DNA of 58,439 nucleotides from Paraphysomonas bandaiensis (lineage: Eukaryota; Protista; Chrysophyceae). Positions within the stretch are counted from its first letter, which is position 1, and every line of letters starts with the position of its first letter. The stretch is from contig CBFFRP010000349.1 in assembly GCA_965644295.1 (NCBI GenBank), positions 1 to 58,439 on the forward strand, in the 5' to 3' direction. A model generated the notes under the pieces. It was not told the origin of the DNA. It searched no databases and was given only the letters and a program-made list of their open reading frames with translations. Shown here one piece after another: positions 25,229 to 37,200 of the stretch. The translations under genes were made by a program, and so were the position numbers.

Positions 25229-27757
25229 CTATGATATCATATTCAACCCAAAGACCCACTCTCTAAGATAATTTAAAATTTGAATAGTGCATATAGGAAT
25301 GTCCACATGTCTCAATACATCTGTACAAAAACTAGTACATAAAGCAGTCACCTTCTCTTTGTGGTATTCAGAAGTTGATTCATAAAGAAGGTCAGAAAAA
25401 TGGGCATGAACATATTCAGTCACGTAGGCCGTACCTTTAATATACCGCACCGCAACAGAAAAGACATCAGATACATTATTCAGTGGATCAATATTACGTT
25501 GGAGGAGAGGAGGCATGTGACACACCTCCAGCCACTGTACGGTTGGTGCAATGCGGAAATCTGTCAGAGCATCGCTCAATAATCCGAGGTGTCTGAAATC
25601 AGATATATACTTTTTCTCTAGGACTTCATTTCGCGCACGCACAAGACTCGCCTCATCGCCATAAAGGTGTGGAGTACCCGCCGACCGATCTATTTCATTT
25701 ATTTTGTCATGGATCTGTATCATCCTCGCGATACTCTCTGGCCAAGGCGACCATTTATACTTAGCTATAAACGGCCCATCTCTTATGATCATATGACGCA
25801 TCAAACTGGCCTGCTCTAAATCCCTAGCAATAGTATCCGTAAGGGCGTCACCTTCATACAGAAGGTAATGTCTGCCGGACCCATACGATACTTTATCAGG
25901 TAGATTTCTGTGGATAAATCTTGAGTACATCGACAATCCAAACCATTGACGCGGTTGAGATGGGTCAACGGTGTACTGCGAACGCCCACAAACCAATGAG
26001 TGATGAAACTGCAGCGGTGGGTGACCATCGTTGTCTATCATGGTATAGGAAGGAAAGCGCAGTACAGTATAGCCCTCTGCTTCCACTTTATCAGAAGCTA
26101 GGTACCCTCTTAAATCTGGAATCACAAGGAACTCTCCCAGTGTTAACACAATTTTCCAATCATCGGGATACATACGCTCAATGGCCATCAGCTCCTCATC
26201 AGCCTCTTTGCACACAAAAGTAGAGTGCTTAGATTGTACTACTCTCCAGCTGCTCGGTGCTTGCTCGCTGATAATACGTAGAGATGCGTCGGAGCTGTTG
26301 TAGTCTAGGAGTATAGCCATATCGAAATGTGGGGCATGATGCCTAATCCAATGAGGAAGCAGAAATTCTTCGTTATACATATGAGTAAGTAATATAACTC
26401 TTCGGTTTCTATTCAAACTCACAACAGGATGGTTTAGCGTGTTTCGGAGAGCAAAGGGTTGTGCTGGAATTATTCCACGAAGGTCTCTCTGAGCAATGTT
26501 AATGAGCAGCTGCCGTGAATCACAATCTCCACCCTGTCGAGAAATGCAGTCATCTGACCAAAGCACTGCCACCATGCTGCTAACTGTCTGACCAGAAATT
26601 GTGCTTGCTGTTGCTAATATTGCATCTCGCGTACTCTGCTCCTCGATTCGCCTACCGAGAATAACTACCACGAGACCTACAGACGAATTCGGCAACTCAG
26701 ACCAGTCGCTTAACGTAGCAGTGCCCAATATTTTAGCAGCTTGATCATTCCACGCATACGTATGTTGAAAAGAATTGTCTCCCTTTAAACCCTCACGCAG
26801 CGCCTGAAGTTTCCCTAAGGTAGTAGAATAGGTGTCCAGACAAGCCGTGGATACTGCGTACCGCTGATTTACCAAAGAAGTCAACAACCTCTCTGCCCAT
26901 TTCATCTCCTCCATGCTCCTGCGTTCGCCCATATGGTGCACTAAACATAGCCTTGGCGCAGCTCGCACAGCAGAGTCCACCAATTCTTCTATCGATAGAG
27001 ATGACGGAGACAGTACGAGGTCCGAGGGAGTAGGAAGGGGCTCTGATAAATGAGATGCGACATACACAACTGTAGAAGAAGTTGCATAGGCCAGTTCATT
27101 CCACAAGCGCCAACCTGAAACTGCCAATGAGTAAAGACTGTAACTCTTTCTGTATCCTTCTGTACTACTAGTAGATATCGAAGACGTCAAAATATCTAGT
27201 ACAGCTGGGCCCATTGAAGACGCATCCAATAGGTAGTGCATATGACTAGGCAGAGTAGGAATCTGTATTTCTCCAATACTTCTTGAGTTGCATATTGCGT
27301 CACCCAGATATTTAGGCACCATAAAGTTCTGACTATCCCCCAGATAGCCATACATATTTCCTATGTGTACTGTGATAATATTCGACGCAGTGGAGTTGAC
27401 CAACACAGCATACTCCAGTCTACTTAATACATGAATAATAGTTGGTCTTTTTCCAACTAAAGAGTAACCAGAAACACACTCAAAAATATTTGAAGGGACT
27501 AAATCATCACTAGCTATCAACAATACATCATACATAAAATAACTGTCAGATGCGCAGTGCTGTGTTGAGAAAATCGAATCATATGACGCGCGTTCATAAG
27601 TCATATTAACGTCCATGTGAAGAAAATAATGAGCGAGATGATCGCAATATGTACATGTTTCCCATCCAATGAGAAAAATACTTACTGCTTTTGTTCTATA
27701 AGCTGTAGCGGCTATTAGTAGCAACAATACAGCCCAACTCCAACACTGCTTTCTCAT
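25229..27757 (-). CDS. Intronless 842 aa signal-peptide protein with a C-terminal GT2-like (Glyco_tranf_2_4-type) glycosyltransferase domain
   Basis: Hydrophobic N-terminus; LLTHMYNEEFLLPHWIRHHAPHFDMAILLDYNSSDAS; DWKIVLTLGEFL; YGSGRH. Confidence 0.8.
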   Translation of the reverse strand: MRKQCWSWAVLLLLIAATAYRTKAVSIFLIGWETCTYCDHLAHYFLHMDVNMTYERASYDSIFSTQHCASDSYFMYDVLLIASDDLVPSNIFECVSGYSLVGKRPTIIHVLSRLEYAVLVNSTASNIITVHIGNMYGYLGDSQNFMVPKYLGDAICNSRSIGEIQIPTLPSHMHYLLDASSMGPAVLDILTSSISTSSTEGYRKSYSLYSLAVSGWRLWNELAYATSSTVVYVASHLSEPLPTPSDLVLSPSSLSIEELVDSAVRAAPRLCLVHHMGERRSMEEMKWAERLLTSLVNQRYAVSTACLDTYSTTLGKLQALREGLKGDNSFQHTYAWNDQAAKILGTATLSDWSELPNSSVGLVVVILGRRIEEQSTRDAILATASTISGQTVSSMVAVLWSDDCISRQGGDCDSRQLLINIAQRDLRGIIPAQPFALRNTLNHPVVSLNRNRRVILLTHMYNEEFLLPHWIRHHAPHFDMAILLDYNSSDASLRIISEQAPSSWRVVQSKHSTFVCKEADEELMAIERMYPDDWKIVLTLGEFLVIPDLRGYLASDKVEAEGYTVLRFPSYTMIDNDGHPPLQFHHSLVCGRSQYTVDPSQPRQWFGLSMYSRFIHRNLPDKVSYGSGRHYLLYEGDALTDTIARDLEQASLMRHMIIRDGPFIAKYKWSPWPESIARMIQIHDKINEIDRSAGTPHLYGDEASLVRARNEVLEKKYISDFRHLGLLSDALTDFRIAPTVQWLEVCHMPPLLQRNIDPLNNVSDVFSVAVRYIKGTAYVTEYVHAHFSDLLYESTSEYHKEKVTALCTSFCTDVLRHVDIPICTIQILNYLREWVFGLNMIS

Positions 27758-28341
27758 GGGCTATATCTCTTACTATCTTATGTGTTGTTTAGAAGAAAAG
27801 ATAATGGGACATGAAACCATATATACAAATGACTTATGGTTCATATGATAGGATATATCTTGATTTATGTATTGGTAAAGAGATCGATGTGTGTTAATGG
27901 GACCAGATGCGATGGGAACTCACTGCAGAGAAGAGAAAATTTGAATCCAAAATCATGAAAAAACATGAAAAAGTACCTTTTTTATAATTCCATAATTTTT
28001 TCACTTCAAAAATCGAAATAGCCAAATCTACATTCTGCTGTACATACAATATACAGACGTACAATACCGGAATACAGCAGTCCATATGGGCAGATGTAGG
28101 AGCGGTATACCGTGGTATACCAGTATACAGCTCTTACTATCGCCACAACAGAACTGCAACTACACCCCCATGCGGTATAATCCATAGCATGTATCACGTA
28201 TCCATTGCATGGGTTGGTTTGTCGTGCATGGTTTCCTATCATAGTAAACTATATCCAGTACATACAGGAGTATAGGATAACAACAATCGTCCCTAGTATA
28301 TTGCAGTATATAGAGAAGGAAAGCCATCACTATTCTCATTG

Positions 28342-28862
28342 ATGGAAGATATTAAGAAGAAGTTTAAGGAATATAAGGATGATGTACAACAAGTGTTGTC
28401 TGATTACGAGCATAATGGCACTCCTTTGAGAGGATTATTCAGCAAAGGGCGCACTTCTATTGAAGGCTTATATAATGACACTTCGCATCATGTTTCATCC
28501 TTTAAAAGCTCCTTCACAAGTCAGATAGTGCCTGTGGAGTCAAAAATACAAGATTTTTACCATAAGAACTCAAGTATTGCTGATTACTGCCGTGTTCATC
28601 CCGCTGTCGTTGTAGGATGCGCATCTTCAGTTGTGGCTCTTCCATCACTTTATTGTACGTTTAAATTGTATATTAAAAAGCCGCCACTCATGATATTTTA
28701 GTTTTTGGAATTCGTGGAATGGCTTTGGGCGCGTTGGGAGCTGCGTCGGTGTCCTCGTTAGCTGTTGGTGCACTGCAATACGAGTACTCTCATGAGGTAA
28801 GAATTCTACAAATATGCTGTGCTACATCTTATTTGATATGTATCTAGAAGAAGCAGGAGTGA
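28342..28862 (+). CDS. Small hypothetical protein with a C-terminal hydrophobic segment, 3 exons
   Basis: ORF MEDIKKKFKEY...; introns ~28655-28701 and ~28797-28847; VVVGCASSVVALPSLYFFGIRGMALGALGAASVSSLAVGAL. Confidence 0.6.
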
Positions 28863-29522
28863 AACGCAATGTGCGGTTGAAGTAGTTTATTGATTTGGCG
28901 ACCACCTACTGCGCCAACCTATGCGCAACGTGTCATGATCAATTAGTACAAAATGTGCATATTTTATGGTATACTTTGTCAGTCCAACAGTTTAACAAAG
29001 CCAGAAACCATATGTACTAATTAATTCAGTTGTCACCTGTCATTTTAGAATTTAGAATTACACTTTGCTGTTCCCGTTACCCATGAGGTTGACGTGATAG
29101 AACATCTGTATTAACTAGCTCTAAGGTTAATTATACAGTGATTCGAGTATTTCGCTTATTGTCATTTCAGATGCTCTTTTCATGAAATCATACTTAGTCA
29201 CGAGAAACTCTACTCGCTCAGCAACGAGGGAATTGTAAATTAATAGTGTGTACCGGACACGCAATACATTCTACTGTATACTGTAAAGGGGTATATATAT
29301 TCTTGAACAGGTGAGTTTTAATTTATTACGTATTGTGATATTGTGAATTGTGAAGCCGTTGGAAGTTAGGTCACAGGAAAAAACGGAGAGAAGAATCGGA
29401 ATAAATACACAAAGTCGTCAGTACATATAACATAGCTGGCTATACTAAACTATTTAAAATATTGCCCACCTACATTTGAATGTTTCAAGCACTCTGATTA
29501 TCAACAGTTCACTGTTTATTAG

Positions 29523-30419
29523 TTATGTACTAGTTTTCGATTCATCAACTTCCTTTGATGGACTTGCATCAGTGCTGTCAGGAACTAGCTTCTCCACCGT
29601 CAGGTTGTGATTCGTATACACGCACATATCACCAGCTATTTTCATAGCCTTCCGGGCAACTTCCTCTGCCTCCATGCTCTCGATGTCCATGAGTGCCATT
29701 GCCGCAGCTGTACGTCACATCAACCATGTTTGATTCACGTAACGCATATCACTCACCTTGTGCATAGCTTCCACCGGACCCAACACCTTATCATTTAAAT
29801 TAGGGCACTTGCAGTAATGGAAATGAATGACTTACCCATGACACCGTAGTAGGGCTCAAGAACGTCACCATTGCCAGTAAGCTCAAATGTGTTGCTCTTG
29901 TCTGCCACAAGTAGCACCGCCTATTGTAATAAATATATCATTAGACGATTTACAAAATAGTACCATGATTAATTTTACCTCGAGCTTACGCAAATATTTA
30001 TCTGTTCTCCATGCTTTGGCCAGCTCTACGCAAGCCCTTGTTAATTGGTCTGGATGCTTACCAAGCTTCTCTTCAAGTCTTTCCAACAAGGTTAATGCAT
30101 CCGCGGTTGATCCAGCAAACCCCACAAGTATGTTGTCCCCGAGCCTCCTCACCTTTTGAACATTCGGTTTAATTACAATAGATCCTTGAGTGACCTGTCC
30201 GTCACCAGCCATCACCACATTTCCGTTTTTTCTAACGCAAAGAATAGTTGTTCTGCAATAAATATCGAATAAATATATAGTCGAGATGAGTGTGATTCCT
30301 ACTAACCCATGGCGTCCTGTCGACAGAGAGCGTGCAGCCTGTAATGTTGGTGCAAATGTCTTTGCAGACATTGCAGACATCCATTGACCTCTCAACATAC
30401 CTCTTGCTATACTTGCCAT
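29523..30419 (-). CDS. hslV: Mitochondrial HslV (ClpQ) threonine protease subunit, multi-exon
   Basis: Presequence, then [82 protein letters not shown]. Confidence 0.95.
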
Positions 30420-30827
30420 ATTTCAATATAGAGTTTAGGTTTGTTCCGGAGTGCAGAGGTGTACTATTGGAACAGTGGTGTGTGTTAATTACAGCACCTC
30501 TTCAGAGTACTCCACACTGTACGAGTGTATACCATAAACATCCACAGAATACACCACTACATACTGCTGTACAGGACAGTATAAATATACGCGGAATATA
30601 TACTACGGAACTACTACTGGAGTATAATGTACCGCTATACAGTATGGCGGCTCTATACAGCAGTACGGAGTATACACCTGCAGCAGTACTTGTTGTGCTT
30701 ATGTTTGGTGTGTGTGTGGAGGCAATGAGATGGTTATATATACAGTGGTTACCAGTGTTTCTATTAACACTTTAATAAATCTAAAATAGACTTCACGACC
30801 TATCAATTCTAACAGAGTAGTTGAATT

Positions 30828-31196
30828 ATGCAGTTCTTATCGAGTTGCAGAAAACCTATTGTGGTATTTCGCTTTCAACAGCGCTTTGGAACTAGCCTTC
30901 GTGTGCTGCTATTAGAAAATTTGGTAAATCGGGGAGAAAAGGGTGAAATTGTAAAAGTAAGAGTGTTATAGTCTTTATTGGATATCAAATTCATTCTGAT
31001 TAGGTCAAGAGAGGACATTTCCGCAATCTATTGTACCCTAGAAAAATCGCAGGTTTGTAATTTATGTGAGATTCGTAACAGACAGTCACTGTGTTATACT
31101 GTAGTCTATGCCACGGCGGAGAACATAGCCAAATATAAATATTTGATTGATGAGCGTCAGAGAAATATTGAAAACAATAAAAAGACAATAGTATAG
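30828..31196 (+). CDS. rpl9: Mitochondrial ribosomal protein bL9 (N-terminal domain only); missed by the ORF track; 3' end uncertain, possibly ~31280
   Basis: Spliced: MQFLSSCRKP...RVLLLENLVNRGEKGEIVK/VKRGHFRNLLYPRKIA/VYATAENI, matching the bL9 N-terminal motif (G..G.+V.VK.G+.RN.L.P...A..AT..N). Confidence 0.85.
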
Positions 31197-32178
31197 GATA
31201 TCGGAGTGAACGCATTTTTGTGTCATCTGCAGTTGAGGGCTGAATCGATCACAGCATTTTCAGTTACTGTGCTTATATAACTAATCTAATGTCAGTATTT
31301 TCTCGTAATTCTTAATTTTTCTGGCCTGTTTGCTAGGTCGTTATTGTTATTATTACTTCTCAGCTGTACATGCGCACGGTTGGCAGCATCACCTACACAA
31401 ATGGACTTCAGTCATAAATTGCAATTTAAAGTACTCGTACTTAAGAAATTGACTGCTATATGACCTCGTAGTAAAGCAAAAAAGTTCTTGTCGTTCTTCT
31501 TTCTCGATTTCATGTACAAGCTAGACTGCAAAGTACAACATGTACATAGTATTAAATACGTGATCTTGATATCTTGATACTTACCCAGCTTGTTAGAATA
31601 GATGAGAGTTATCATAAAATGCTTGAAAGTGAAGCATGTGTCGTAATAAATGTATGCAGAATTAGTCCAGTGTTCAAGCGACTACTAAATGCTAAATGCT
31701 ACCATTTATTCGTAAATCTACTGTTTGTTAACTTCGTTGTATATTGTATATGATATATGTGCATGGAAATCGGCGTTGTAGAGTCGTAGTAACAGTGTAA
31801 TATCATACCTTTGAAACTTCTATTAACTAGCAAACCAGTAATACCAAAACATGGGGCTCCTATACAGTACAAGCGACAAGCGTGAATAGAAACAAAATAG
31901 TGTCTGCTCACTGCTCAATAATGGCATCATTTATCCTTCAGGAATGGATATTTCATACACGACTATAGATAAAAGCCTTTAGGCAGTACACTTACTTCCT
32001 TTTACTAAAAGAACCATCTCGTTACATTGAGTAGTCAAAGTGCATATGCACGGCAACAATTTTTAGTTAACATCAGTATAACTTATCCGATTTCCATGCA
32101 CATATATCATATTCAACTTCTACTAAAATCAACAAGCTTGACTGGTAGAAAACACTCATTCTGATGGCAATGAGAGAT

Positions 32179-33807
32179 TTAAAGAGAGAAGTCCACGCCC
32201 TGAGCCAATGGAACTGATGTTCCGTAGTTGATAGCACATGTTCCACGACGCATGTATTGCTTCCATGAGTCACTGCCGGATTCCCTTCCGGCACCGGTAT
32301 CCTTTTCACCACCAAAAGCTCCGCCAATCTCCGCTCCACTGCACGATGTGTTAACGTTGATGATGCCACACTCGCTTCCAGTGGGTCCCAGCCACCGGAA
32401 AACATTCCTCATGTTAGAGGTGAAAAGCGCAGATGAGAGACCGAAAGGGGTGTTGTTGTTAATCTCTACGGCCTCCTCGTAGCTGCCTACTTTGAGAACG
32501 TGGGTGATGGGGACAAATAGCTCCTCCTTCACGATGGGCATATCGTTATTGCTCTCCACAAGAGTTGGCCAAACATAGTAACCATTCTCGAGGCCCTTGT
32601 CCTTAAGCTCGCTCTTATCAATACGCCCGCCACCGTACAGGACCTTACCGCCCTGTTTCTTAATCTCAGCGATGCCATCCTCATACTCTTTGATAGCCCC
32701 TGTGTTGTGTACTGGACCGAGGAGAGTACCGTCGACAAGAGGATTTCCGGGCTTGATCTTAGAGTAGGCGTCCACCAAAGCGGGCACAAACTTGTCGTAA
32801 ATCTTCTCATGTACAAGTAGGCGGCGAAGAGTTGTGCATCTCTGTCCGGCAGTACCTGCAGCAGCGAAGAGAACACTGCGAAGCGCAACCTCCAAGTCCG
32901 CATCATCCATGACAATCACAGCGTTGTTACCACCAAGCTCCAGGATGGTTCTTCCGAATCTCCCGGCGACAGAAGAGGCAACACCCTTGCCCACAGAGGT
33001 GCTACCAGTAAAGGAGATCAAGTTCAAGCGCTTGTCGTCAATCAGGCGCTGTCCAACAGTAGCGCCACTTCCCTGACACATAGTAGCAATACCTCCAGGA
33101 AGATTGTTATCCAAGAACACCTCAGAAATAAGTTTGCTCTGGGCGATAGTCACCAAAGAAGAGCTAGAGGCACCCTTCCAAATCTGGGTATTTCCACACA
33201 CCAATGACACGGAGGTGTTCCACCCATGCACAGCGCAAGGGAAGTTGTATGCCGAAATGATACCGACCTGACCAAGGGGATTCCATGTCTCGATAAGGGC
33301 GTGGTCTTCTCTTTCGGAGGGAAGCATCTGCCCTGGGAGCTGACGACTCATACCAACAGCTAGGTCGCACATGTCAATGAACTCTTGCACCTCTCCAAGA
33401 CCCTCAGTCTTGATCTTTCCCATTTCCAAAGAAATAAGAGATCCCAAAGACTCCTGGTGATCGCGAAGCTTAAGTCCAATCTGTCTGACAATTTCGCCTC
33501 GGCGGGGAGCAGGGGTCAGCTTCCACATCTCCATAGCTTCAGTCATGTTCTTGAGGCAAGACTCATAGTCATCCGCATTACCAAATCGCACCTTGGCAAT
33601 TGGTTCTCCCGTAGCAGGGTTAATGGAAGTGTGGGTCTGTCCATTCCCTACCCATTCTTTTCCATTCCAGCATCCCAGATTCTCTTCTTTAAGTCCTAAC
33701 TTTTCTAGAAAAGGATACTTGTGGAAGGTTAAATCCGAAGAAAAGGAAGCCCGAAGAACAGAGGCAGCTTTGCCCTGGCGTGCAACATTAGAGAATCTTG
33801 ACAACAT
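32179..33807 (-). CDS. ALDH7: Aldehyde dehydrogenase family 7 (antiquitin / alpha-aminoadipic semialdehyde dehydrogenase), intronless, with a mitochondrial-type presequence
   Basis: PAPRRGEIVRQIG, EGLGEVQEFIDMCD, NPLGQVGIISAYNFP, LELGGNNA, GTAGQRCT, GAEIGGAFGGEK.TG.GRESGSDSWKQY. Confidence 0.96.
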   Translation of the reverse strand: MLSRFSNVARQGKAASVLRASFSSDLTFHKYPFLEKLGLKEENLGCWNGKEWVGNGQTHTSINPATGEPIAKVRFGNADDYESCLKNMTEAMEMWKLTPAPRRGEIVRQIGLKLRDHQESLGSLISLEMGKIKTEGLGEVQEFIDMCDLAVGMSRQLPGQMLPSEREDHALIETWNPLGQVGIISAYNFPCAVHGWNTSVSLVCGNTQIWKGASSSSLVTIAQSKLISEVFLDNNLPGGIATMCQGSGATVGQRLIDDKRLNLISFTGSTSVGKGVASSVAGRFGRTILELGGNNAVIVMDDADLEVALRSVLFAAAGTAGQRCTTLRRLLVHEKIYDKFVPALVDAYSKIKPGNPLVDGTLLGPVHNTGAIKEYEDGIAEIKKQGGKVLYGGGRIDKSELKDKGLENGYYVWPTLVESNNDMPIVKEELFVPITHVLKVGSYEEAVEINNNTPFGLSSALFTSNMRNVFRWLGPTGSECGIINVNTSCSGAEIGGAFGGEKDTGAGRESGSDSWKQYMRRGTCAINYGTSVPLAQGVDFSL

Positions 33808-34286
33808 GTTGTGGCGTAGATATGTGGCGTATAAGGGGTAAATGCACACTATTGTGAAGCTAAATATGACAGAAGCAACATCCTTTTGCTCGCAGCCTCA
33901 CGTATGATATAGTTCATATATACATACATACACACATGCTGCATCACGAGCTGCTGATGATGATGTACGAATAGTTAATAGATTCGGCGAATGCTGTATA
34001 AAAATAAGCATATACTGTACGTATATGCTGTATACAATATGTGTGAGTCCATATCTGCTGCTGGTAATGTCGTATTCCTATTGTAGTATGAGTATGCAGT
34101 GTATAAGAAGCAGCTGTTGGTGAAAGAAGACTGAAGACTGAAGACACACACTTTCACTTCAGACTTCACACCAACTCCATCTAAATTTATGCATATAGCA
34201 TCTCGCACATATAAATATTGCCTCTAGTATACCTCCTATACACCCTGCTTGTAATGTGGTATAGGCTACAATAAACTCTCATTGAT

Positions 34287-37200
34287 ATGGCAGCATTATT
34301 GTTTTATATTTTCTTATTCCTAAGCCAATATGCAACTGTAGAAAGTTCCTGTGAAACATTTAATACAAAATGTAGTGCTACAATAGGAACAACACTGTCT
34401 TCTGGATCCTCTGGAGAAGAAGATTTCCTTCTAGATAAACATGGAACGTTATACTTTGCATTTAATGTAAGTTACGTAGATCGTCTATGATGATATTTAA
34501 TTATTGTGTATATAGCAACCTGAAAATTCTCCAAGTGTAAAGATATTAACGTCTATAAACTATGGAAACATTGAAATATTCGCTGCGATTGGCAAACGTG
34601 TGTCTCCTACTAGCTATGATTTGAAGGCGGATAGACTGCAGGATGTGTGTGTTGTGGTGAGTGATTATTCTCGTGCACTGATATTCAATCACTATTTGTC
34701 ATAGAATGCGAATGGGGATAGTTCAAGTCGCGTGGTGAATATTCTTATACGAGCCACTACTAGTGCGATGTTTCGTGTGATCGCCACGACTTCGTCAACA
34801 CATACTTCGTTGAAACCAGGTGCACCTCAGGTGGATACTATACGGGCCTCGGGACAAAATATGTACAAGTTTACTGCATTGTCTACAGCAAGTATGTACG
34901 TCGTAGTTACCCCTTACGTGTCGGGAGATCCAGATCTGCTAGTTACTGGCCCACGTATTAACGGAAACGCAAGGACTTGGGAGAGTTCCGAGGAGGGTGC
35001 AGACTCCGTGATGATCATTCCTACTGATGCTGAAGTGGGTGGTACTTTCACTGTAACGGTGACAGCTACCAACTCCTCCCTTTACATGATACTCGCCTCA
35101 GAGTCTACCACAACTCACCCTTCCTCGTTGCTCGGTGGATTTCCTCTCGAGGACTACGCTGAGGCGGGTACCAACTTGTACTATACCCTGCAGGTCCCAG
35201 CAGGTATGTATGCTTCACGTGATGTTCCATTAGCTGACTTCTTTTTGTGCATTAACTATAGGTCATGCGGATGTATTAGCCATGGTTACACCTGTATACG
35301 GAGATGCAGATATATTTGTCAATACTGCTGCCAAGGGCTTTTATACACAGAGCGAAGATGGGTCCTCCCAGCCTGCCACTTGGGACTCTCAGCACTCCTT
35401 TGGTACGGACTCTGTCATTATAGACCACACGCACAGTGCGTATCAGGCCGATGGAGGGGAGTATTACATCACTGTGTACGCTAGGAAAGCATGCAGATTT
35501 GTGGTCAGGGGGTTCTCCGCTGCAACTGTTGTCACATTATCTGAAGGTAGAGTGACTGAGTGGATAATTTAATGCATTTAATTGACATCTGCAGGCTCTC
35601 CGATTATTGACACTGTGTCTGCTGGAAGCTACCACTATTATCGTTTTTTGGACAACACCCCATCTCAAGACGTTGTATTCGACGTGAGTCCACTGTCAGG
35701 TGATCCAGATCTGCTTGTTGGTTGCCAAGTGGATCCTACAGGTGATGACTCGGGTTATCCCTCGAAAGCTTATCAGCATCACAACTACTCCTCTGTGAGA
35801 AGTGGGGAGGATGGACTCTTGGTGCGGCAGTCAGACACTCATGCGTGTCGTAATGGCGTATACTACCTAGCGGTGTATGCATTTACAGCCTCGAGGTTCT
35901 CGCTGACTTCAACGCATCAGGGTGGGCTTGTGACTCTTCAGGACGGTGTACCTGTACAAGCACAGGCTTATGCTGGCATTCCCCGATACTTCCGTTTCAC
36001 GATGGGGCCCGAGCCGATGCAACTGACTATTTCTCTCACTCCGAGCACGGGAGATACAGACCTGTTCGTGAAGCTTGGTGGGAGTGTTTCGCAATATACA
36101 TGGGATTACTATTCGGTCAACGGTGGCACCGCTGTAGATCAGGTTATTATTCCCGAAACGGAAGTGTGCACAAATTGTGAGGTCAGCATTCTGGTTACAA
36201 GCATGACGATGACACCATACTCTATTGTGGCGTCGCTGGAAGACACAACAATCCAGCTGGCTGATGCAGTGCCACTCAAGGAGTCCGTAGCATGGAACGC
36301 AATTCAATATTATACTCTACATTCTGCTAGTAACGGTACTGCGAGAGTGGTGCTGACAGTGCTCTCTGGAGCACCGGAGCTGTACATATCTACTAGCGAG
36401 GAAAAGCCGACCCGTACCTCTCCTGATACTGTTGTTAATACCATGGCAGCGATTGGCAATTTGCCTGTATCGCACATACCGGTGAAACCTGGAGAGGTGT
36501 TGTACATTGGAGTTGGGGGAGCAGGCTCCAATGCCTCATATACTGTAAGAGCCAACCTCCGCGAAGCAGGTGAGGTGTTTGGTATGTTGTGACTGCGTCT
36601 GAGGTTAGATAATAATATGTAGGAGTTGAGCCTCTACTTCGACTTCCTGAGGCGATGTCCCAGGCTGACAACTTGGATCGGGACGGTCCCCAGTGGAACT
36701 TCTATCAGATCAATATGCCTGCGGTTATAACTTATACCTTATTGTGTTGCGTGCTGATAGTGTTTGTTGATATAGGGTCATGAGTCTATAACTCTGAGAG
36801 CGACACCTCTTGTGGGAAATGTCGACGTCTACATATTACGTTGTCCGTATCAAACCTCGGAATGTGCTGGCACCCATGGTGATGGGGCCACGTCATACCT
36901 ACCCACCATGTCATCGTATGACGTGACCACCGCTGGACAGGAGAAAGACTTTGTTACCGTTTCTCGTAACGACGACACTGGAGTGTCCTACATAGTAGGT
37001 GTCACGTCTGACAGTCTCTACGCAGAGTACCATATCTCGATGTCTTTAGAAAGCTCTATTCTAGTACTTTCTCCGGGTACTCCAGTGACTGATCATGCGG
37101 AGAAAGGGGAATATGACTACTTTTCGGTATATGCTGAGGATACTCCCCAACAGCTGAGTCTGACTCTCACACCTCTTTCGGGGGATGCTGATATGTACAT

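Noticed and set aside
4124-30419. Bacterial origin or contamination suggested by MeaB, PPDK and HslV
   Set aside because: All carry spliceosomal introns, and MMAA and HslV have mitochondrial presequences; organellar HslV is established in several protist lineages
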